NCBI GenBank assembly: GCA_002189035.1
Contig: NEEC01000014.1
Location: forward strand, 2,232,001 to 2,296,000
Length of the DNA stretch: 64,000 nt
Reading direction: 5' to 3'
From: Utricularia gibba
Lineage: Eukaryota > Plantae > Magnoliophyta
Shown: piece by piece, positions 56,447 to 64,000 of the stretch
Layout of the letters: the number at the start of each line of letters is the position of its first letter
Position numbering within the stretch: position 1 is the first letter of the stretch
Position numbers and translations under genes: made by a program
The notes under the pieces: generated by a model
Told to the model about the DNA's origin: nothing
Database searches by the model: none
Seen by the model: only the letters and a program-made list of their open reading frames with translations

Positions 56447-57300
56447 TCATTCTTCATCCCTCTTGCCTTCTCTCAAACTCGCTCTTTTGCTAAAGAAGCT
56501 TCAATAGAGGAAGTGAAGTGAGTACCTTCAACCTCGTTCTAAACTTCAAAATAAAAAGCCATAAATTAACGAATTTTCGATTTTTGATTGCTACCTATAA
56601 ATGCAGTATGTAGTGAGTCGTTCATCAGAGCATAACAAAAGAAACTCAAAAGCAGAGTACTATTGATCAAAAGACACCATCTAAAGTATCACATCTCCTA
56701 TGTAATGAGAAATGATCACTCACCAAAATATCACATCTTCAAAGTGTGCAGGAAAGGGTTGATACCCAGAGAACTGAGCTTTCCAGTGGTGGAAGTAAAA
56801 GGGGAGGGAAGATTCTTCCATTCATACCAACCCCAGCCATCACGTTTCTCTCGTTCAACATTGACTGGCTTTAGATCAGGATCAACTACGTCGGTTTCGG
56901 ATAGGTGACAACATAGTTACTGATGGTGGCTAACTCCGCTCCCGATCCCTCGAGCCCAGCGTCTTCGTGATTTCCATGACAGAGCTTTCGCATTCTTTAC
57001 TGGACTGAAACAGAACAAAGGCATTCAAATCCAAATTCAGTATCTGCAATGCGCCAAAAAATGGTTATGATTTCTCCAACTTCCAAGCTGTGGTTAAAAA
57101 AGCATGGTAAATTCAAGAGATGTGCCCACTTTGAGAAATGCGCAGAAACATAGCACAGTAAAATGGTAGAAGACTTTTTGGTCCCGCTATCAAGAACGGT
57201 ATCCAGTGTTCGAGTTTATAGATGGAAAAGGAGCAACTCTAACCGAATTTGGAGTTCGCCGCCGGAGGAGTGAAGGTGCCGGATCCGACGGCGTCTAACG
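56447..57300 (-). other. Candidate spliced transcription unit (small ORF gene or lncRNA) divergent from SUA
   Basis: Canonical-looking donors (TTCG|GTTAGA ~57244, TTTTG|GTGAGT 56723) and pyrimidine-rich acceptors (~57009, 56490); possible 46-aa spliced ORF 56821-56447. No homolog recognised. Confidence 0.35.
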
Positions 57301-57326
57301 GCTCATTTAGCAGAAATGCCGCTATT

Positions 57327-57423
57327 TGGGCCCCGTTCACATTTTAGATATTGGGCTGAATGATACGATTCCAGCCCAATTAGAACTACAAATAATGGTC
57401 CAAGAAGGAGCTTTTATTGGGCC
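57327..57423. promoter_or_regulatory. Site II (TGGGCY) cluster upstream of SUA, possibly bidirectional
   Basis: TGGGCC 57327, TGGGCT 57352, AGCCCA 57373, TGGGCC 57418. Confidence 0.6.
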
Positions 57424-58223
57424 GAATGACGTTAAGGGCTGCAGGAAAAATGGGCATTGTGTGCAAAGATTTGCCATATAAAATATAGATCTGATTCCAT
57501 ACGAATTCCCAATTGCTGCTTGTTCCGGAGTCGTGGAGATTAGGGCAAATAGTTTTCCAGTCAGGAGTTCTCGAATTAGATCGCCGATAAATCCAGAGTA
57601 CTGGAGGTCTTAGTTTGAGGTTATTCGTACATCTTGAAAGGAAAACTAAAATTTAAGGTATGAGACCCTGTGATCAAAGCTTGCTTTTGTGAGTCTTGAG
57701 CCTTACTCTGTATTCGTAGTTCATTGAATTGTTTTCAGTTCGCCGATGTGCAGGGTTAATCTTTATTGATTTTTTTGTCGAATTTTGCGTTATTCCTTTG
57801 GGGTCGATCGCTTGTCCAGTTTTCCTATTAGGTTCAAATTTTTGACGCTCGGTGGTGGATAAGCAGTCGGGTTTTTTTTTTTTTTTTGGTTTTGTTTTCC
57901 GTGGGTTTTTCCATCTTAATAGGATTGCATTTATAGATGGTACTTGGGACCTACGATTTTTATGGTGTTTTGATGTGCCTCGTGTCTCCGAAAACGACAT
58001 TGGTTATATAAATGTTTTTCGTTTCTTCCTGTTGATAGGGACTAAAGGAATACATTATAGGAAGCTCTTGATTTTGAAGAGACAACATAGAGGGAGAATC
58101 CAATTATTGAGGTGTTCTTGTTGGAGTGACTTAGTTGTTCATCAATTACAGGAAAAGATTTTAGTAATCTTTCTTCTACACTTGGAAGAGCTTTCAGGGA
58201 AAGGTTCCTTCGTTTGAGGAACA

Positions 58224-61200
58224 ATGGATCCTGGACGCTATGGTCATCATCAAGGATGGGAAAATAACAGTGTAATTGTGGTTTTCTTTTCATCACATAT
58301 GTGGGATGATGTACCAGATAAATAGTCTCGTGTGATTGTCCATTTTTTTGGACAAAAATTGCAGTGACCTGGGACAGTGAGGATGTGGAATCATTTGCCT
58401 ACATTTTCCATGTTTATTGCTTGCTGACACAGCTTATTCTGTTGAATGCACAGGCTTTTGAGGGTTATGATGCAGTTCATGGTTCACACTTCCGGTGAGT
58501 CAGTGAATGATACATTCATCAGAATAGTTATCTTCATGTGCTTGTCAACAAGATCTACCAGTAAAAAACTTCCCTTCATTGCGTCATATTAGTCCGTTCT
58601 ACGATGCATTTTTGAAAAAGAAAAAGATCATTACAACTGTATATTTACATGTTCGTTAGTTTCCTTTGTCTTGTTCTCGTGCATTTCGAATGGTTTTAGT
58701 TTGTCTTGTTTTTCGTCATCATTTGGCAGTCTCATCCATCCCACTTCCCTTTTTTTGTTATTTGCTGATATTCTGGACAGGAATGGTGGATCTTATGATG
58801 ATAGGAGGTTTATGGATGAGAGATTTTCAAGAGAAAATGTATATCCTATGGGTGCTGTTCACCGTGATGTTTTGGATAGGGGTAACTATCATGCACCCCC
58901 TTCACCAGTGGGTATGTGGAGTCAGTCAAGAAGAAGATGCTATGAAGATGATTATTCTTATGAGAAGGATTATAGGCGCCCTGAGAAGCCGTACGTTTGT
59001 TACATATTGAGGGATTAATTATTTTCTGTGAAGCCAAAAGCTGTCTGTGGGAGTTGGTATATTCCTGAATGGTTTTCACATTTGTTACAACTCTCATGTT
59101 CCTGGATCAACAGGCGAGCTAGGTTTGGAGGCCGTGAGCGGGAGGATTATGGATATGATGATGATGACTACCAACCTCGTTTTTCGCATGAAATTAGAGA
59201 AGATAGCCGAGAAAGGGATTATGAATATGGAAGACAGGATGCTGATTATGATAGAGGGAGTAGAAAGGATGGTAGAGGGCGAAGACGTGACTCACGGGAT
59301 CGTGAATGGGATAAAAGAAGCCTTAGCAGGGAAAGAGATGAAAGCCCATACAAGAGGCACGAGCATTCTCCCTCAAGGTCTTGTTCTCGTGGTCATGATG
59401 ATCGGATAAGATCCAGGTCACCTCGAGGAAGGAGTCGTAGTCACAGGGAAGACAGTTATGATGATGGCTCCTATGAAAGACCTGATAGGAGAAGGGATCG
59501 TGAAGACAGACGCCATCATGACCATTACTCTGTAGTATGTTTCATATAACTCTTCTGCTTCTCTTTTTCCCCGTCTTCCTGATGTATGTGCAATTGCTAC
59601 TTCTTTGTGTTAAATAAGATCTGTTTCCTTTTACAGGCTCCTTCTGCTACTATAATGGTGAAAGGTCTTTCACAAAAGACAACTGAAGAAGATTTATGCC
59701 AAATACTTGTAATCCATTGGTTCTTTATGCTTAATGGGGGTTGTTTCTTCCCTCAGAATCATCCAAGCTTCTCCTTTTTTTGGTCTTTTTAGGCTGAGTG
59801 GGGACCTCTTCGTCATGTTCGTGTGATTAAAGAAAGAAATTCTGGTGCTTCTCGTGGATTTGCTTTCATTGATTTTCCTTCTACGGTATGAGAAAGCATG
59901 CCCTTGTAGTGAATTTAATTTGTTACGAAGTCCTTTTTTATAAAGGGGTGGGATGTAAGCAGGATTCAGCGCAAGCAATGATGGATAGGATTGGGCGAGA
60001 AGGTCTTTTTGTGGATGGTAGGAATCTGTTTTTTGAGTACAGGTATGAGCACTGTTTTTTAATCCCTCCTGGAGCTTGATGTTTTTTCTAGCCTTTTCGA
60101 ATTTCCTTATTGGATGTTTCAATCCAGTGTCTAAAAAAATGTGAACTGCATGCTTTTCAAGGATTGTTTTTTCCCTTCGCCACCCAGTGGTGTTAATGAT
60201 TGTTTTCTTTTTTCATTTTCATTTTTTTCTTTGATTTTCTATCTCAATAAGTTGATTTTAGTGCCAATGAAAATGTGCCATGTGCTTTCTTGACTTTTCT
60301 TTCAGTAGTAGGCCAACTGGGAATGCCATGCTTGGGATGGATGGTGAGTCGAGATCGAGCCATAGTCACAGAAGTGTCATGATACCTTGTGATTGGATGT
60401 GCACTATATGTGGCTGTATCAATTTCGCACGGCGGACATCATGCTTTCAGGTTTACTTTTTTTCTCAACCCATCATATTCTTCTAAAGAAGAAATCAGCA
60501 TTTGGCTCATAAGATTTTCCACATTTTTTTTCATGTGACATTTTCCCCCAAGTTTCCCGTTTCCCGTTAGTGACTTATTTGGTTTTAGTAGGCATCACTG
60601 CCTTGTATTCCTTTTAAGTCTCAAAAACTATCTGCCAACGTGACTAGTGTAATGAACCAAGAACTGAAGATGCTCCTCCTGCTGACATGGCTTCTTCAAA
60701 TCCTCCCTTCAGTGGCAGGAGAGATGGTGGTAACTACCCATAAACTTTCCTACATTTTATTGGGGTACTCACTTTACCCCTTCAACATTAACATGCATGT
60801 TCCTCAGGTCCAACTCATGTTCTTGTTGTTCGGGGATTAGATGAAAATGCTGATGAGGATATGATCCGCTATGAGTTTTCAAAACATGCTCCAATTAAGG
60901 TGTTACATCATCCTTGTCCCTTACCTTTGATGGGGCTTCTTTTATTGCTACTGCAGCTTTTCTAAGTTCTCTTTTCCAGGATCTGAGACTTGTTAGGGAC
61001 AAATTTACTCATGTCTCTCGGGGATTTGGATTTATTCACTTTTATTCGGTATGTTGACTATGCTGATGGTGCATATTTGTTTAACAATGAATCTTCTTGT
61101 CATCTCTAGGTCAGAATTTTGTGCATCCATGAGTAACATTACCTTAGTGTTTCTGGTTTTTCAGGTGGATGATGCCACTAAAGCTCTTGAAGCAACAAAT

Positions 61201-63585
61201 GGCACAACTCTAGAGAAAAATGGTCAGACACTTCGAGTGGCCTATGCAAAAAGTATAATTGGACCTGGATCAGCAGCTGGTGGATCACAGTCAAGCAGTC
61301 TTGCAGCAGCTGCAATTGAAGCGGCAACGTTTGCTCAGCAGGTGTATTTTTAGCTCTTCCAGAATGATTTTCTTGCCTGTGAAAGTGAGGCGGCTCTATT
61401 TTGTAATTCATAGGTTATTTCAAGTGTTCTTTGTTTGTGGGACTCATTGAATTGTTTGAAAAGCTATCTATGTTGTGGTATGTCAACCAATTATGTTTAT
61501 CTTACTCCTTTCTTTGTTTTTCCCCCCTGTTTCAGTACGATGCGGCTGGCTGGGCTCCAAAAGAGTACAATCCTGATGATAAACAAAACAATAACGGTGA
61601 AAAGAATGGACAAGTCAAAGACCAGATGGATCCTTCTGCCCCTCAATCTGGCTTTGTTTGGGATGAAGCCTCTGGTTATTATTATGATGCTGCTTCCGGA
61701 TTTTATTATGATGGAAATACAGGTTTGACAACTCTTCACCTCTGGAGTTACTCCATTCTAATGTGTTGGCATTGCCTAGCGCTAAGAAACTGGCTATGCA
61801 GGGTTGTACTATGATGGCAACGCAGGCCTTTGGTACTCTTATGATCAACAGACTCAGCAGTATGCCCCTTGCACAGATCAAAACAGCAATACTTCTGGAA
61901 AACAAAGTGGCACTCCTGCGCCATCATCAGATGTTCCTAATAATAGGAAAGTCATCATATCTGCACCTGCTGCTACAGTATCATCGAACGAGAAATCTGC
62001 TTCATTACCAGATGCAGTTCAAGCAGCAGCAGCTGCTGCAATTGCTGCTGAAAAGGAGAGAGAAAAGATGAAAGAAATTAAATTTTCTTCCAAAAGTAGC
62101 ATTCTGGCTAACAAGAAAAAGATGAATAATGTCTTGAGCATGTGGAAACAACGAAGCAATGAGGGACAAGCACCACGTGTTGCTCTTGATGGCAGCTTAT
62201 CACATGCGTCAGCTGAAGAGAAATCAAACACAGCATTTTCAAAACCGAAGTCAAAAAGTGAAGGTCTGGTATCGAAGGATATTGTTATCACTTCAGCAGT
62301 TTCTTCTAGCCCTACTGCTATAGAACACCGAGGCAACGCAAGAACCTCTACTTTCAATGCAGGGGGAGCCATAAAAGGTGTTATTCGGAGCTCAGGGATG
62401 GGGGTTGTGAAGTCGGATACTGCTTATAATGCGGACACGGAGCGTGTAACTGCTTCAGGTGTCACACCTGCAGGATATTCTTCCCAAGTGTCCACAGAAC
62501 CTTCCACATCTGTGACACCTTTCAGAACAGATGCGTCAGCATTAGGTTCCTATGCACCATCTTCTGCTGGTGGAACTGGTAGGAGAAGGTTCTCTGAAAT
62601 GCCATCTGCTTCTGTTCCAAATAAGGAACAACCTCAAACAGGCTACCGAGATAGAGCTGCTGAGCGAAGAAGTTTATATGGCTCATCACCAGGATTCGGA
62701 AATGATGTAGCAAACGCAGGAGTTGGAGATTCAAGTAAGCACCTTTGTTTTTTCATATAAGCTAGTTTATTTATGATCATCCTTCCCACGTGATGGGGCA
62801 TAGATTGCTAGATGAATTATCAAGTAAGATAGTCATGTTTTTGGGGTGTTGAAATCGCCATTTGTAGTCTATGTATTGACCTGGTAAATTTGTGTTGGCA
62901 TTATGGACCTAAAAGATTGGGAGTCAGCTTATAGAAGAGGTGCTATGGACTCCATGCCTTTCCCGCCTGGTGTTGGTGGTGGGAGAAGTTCTGGAGTTGC
63001 AAATGATGAAGGCTACGATGTGATCACAGCAGACAAGGCTATTGATGAGAGCAACGTAGGCAACCGGATGCTTCGCAACATGGGGTGGCATGAAGGCTCG
63101 GTAATCTCCTTCAACCCTGCACATCCAATAGCATCAAAATTGTTCTATTTGAATATCGAATTTCTACAATGTCTTCAGAATAATGCGCTGGAATTCAAGG
63201 GGTCTCTCCCTTTTATCTTGAAAATTTTTCTAGTTTCTGAGATAACTTGCCTGCATACTCCACCCTCCTTTCATCCTCTTCACAGCGCCCTTATCTCGTG
63301 ATGTATCATTAGACAGAAGGCGGCAACCATTCTTCATTACCTTGTTCTGACATATCTTTGCTGGATGTCTTGCTCTTCCTTTCTTGGTTCATCCAACAGG
63401 GGCTCGGAAAAGATGGGAGCGGTGTTGTTGAGCCGGTAGTGGCCCACGCTTCTGAAACTAGAGCTGGACTTGGGATTCACCAACCGAAGAAAGTGGTGGA
63501 TCCAAGCCTGGAGGTGCAGGCCGGTGATAGCTACAAAGCTGTTATTCAGAAGAAGGCAATTGCCCGGTTCAGAGAAATGTCATAG
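58224..63585 (+). CDS. SUA: SUPPRESSOR OF ABI3-5 splicing factor (RBM5/RBM10 homolog): RRM, RanBP2 zinc finger, RRM, OCRE, G-patch
   Basis: MDPGRYGHHQGWENNS; APSATIMVKGLSQKTTEED; DWMCTICGCINFARRTSCFQC; GPTHVLVVRGLDENADE; GFVWDEASGYYYDAASGFYYD; NVGNRMLRNMGWHEGSGLGKDGSG; ARFREMS*. Confidence 0.96.
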
Positions 63586-64000
63586 GTGAGTAGTAGATTC
63601 TTCTGTTAAGATTAGCAACTGTTTCTACTGAAAACTCGAGATCCTCGCACCTGTCAAACCTCGATCTGGGATATTATGTCACACATTTTGGCAGCAGACA
63701 CCATGCCCCCCTCCCCCTGCTAAACTTAAACTGCTCTTCTGTTGTGCTTTGCTTATTGATGGATACATTCACAAAATTAAATGCCATTCTTTTCCACTAA
63801 ATGGTCTCTCATTACATGCCCGAGTACCTGAAGTCTGTCTATAGGTAGCAGACACATGTGAATGACTTCATCTCTCTCTTATCCAGCCAACTCAAGCTAG
63901 CTATGTATGCCTGTTCGAGTCCCTCCGGGAAGTGATCTCGCCTGCCCGTGGACCACCTCAATGCATCTGAAAGCTTATAACAGATGGCATTGGATGAAAT

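Overview
Eudicot plant nuclear DNA, not prokaryotic: no CRISPR arrays, rRNA, tRNA or intact transposon were recognised. The window is very gene-dense, with 18 intron-containing genes in 64 kb and mostly ~70-120 nt introns. In order: ATR (5' part, runs off the left edge), MINIYO/RPAP1, RopGEF1-like, LEA_2/NHL-like, organellar alanyl-tRNA synthetase, sphingolipid delta-4 desaturase, ARID+alpha-crystallin protein, alpha-expansin, PnsL2 (PsbQ-like), CYP704B1, MIXTA-like MYB, GCK-domain protein, group I WRKY, MinE1, DUF863 protein, mitochondrial PPR, X8/PDCB protein and SUA (RBM5/10-like). This compaction suggests a miniature genome such as Lentibulariaceae (inference only). Main second-look items: (1) four genes are each broken by an apparent single missing base in a short G/C run, three in the same TGGGGAG context, most likely consensus error but otherwise gene loss; (2) a decayed F-box/DUF295-like fragment between IYO and RopGEF; (3) an unexplained spliced minus-strand unit with a candidate 46-aa ORF sharing a promoter with SUA; (4) a duplicated splice acceptor in MinE that would create a poison exon; (5) a mirrored motif in the 401-bp ATR/IYO bidirectional promoter; (6) several palindromic cis-element arrangements. 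I see no firm evidence of a wholly new multi-gene system. All family assignments come from recalled motifs, not database searches.
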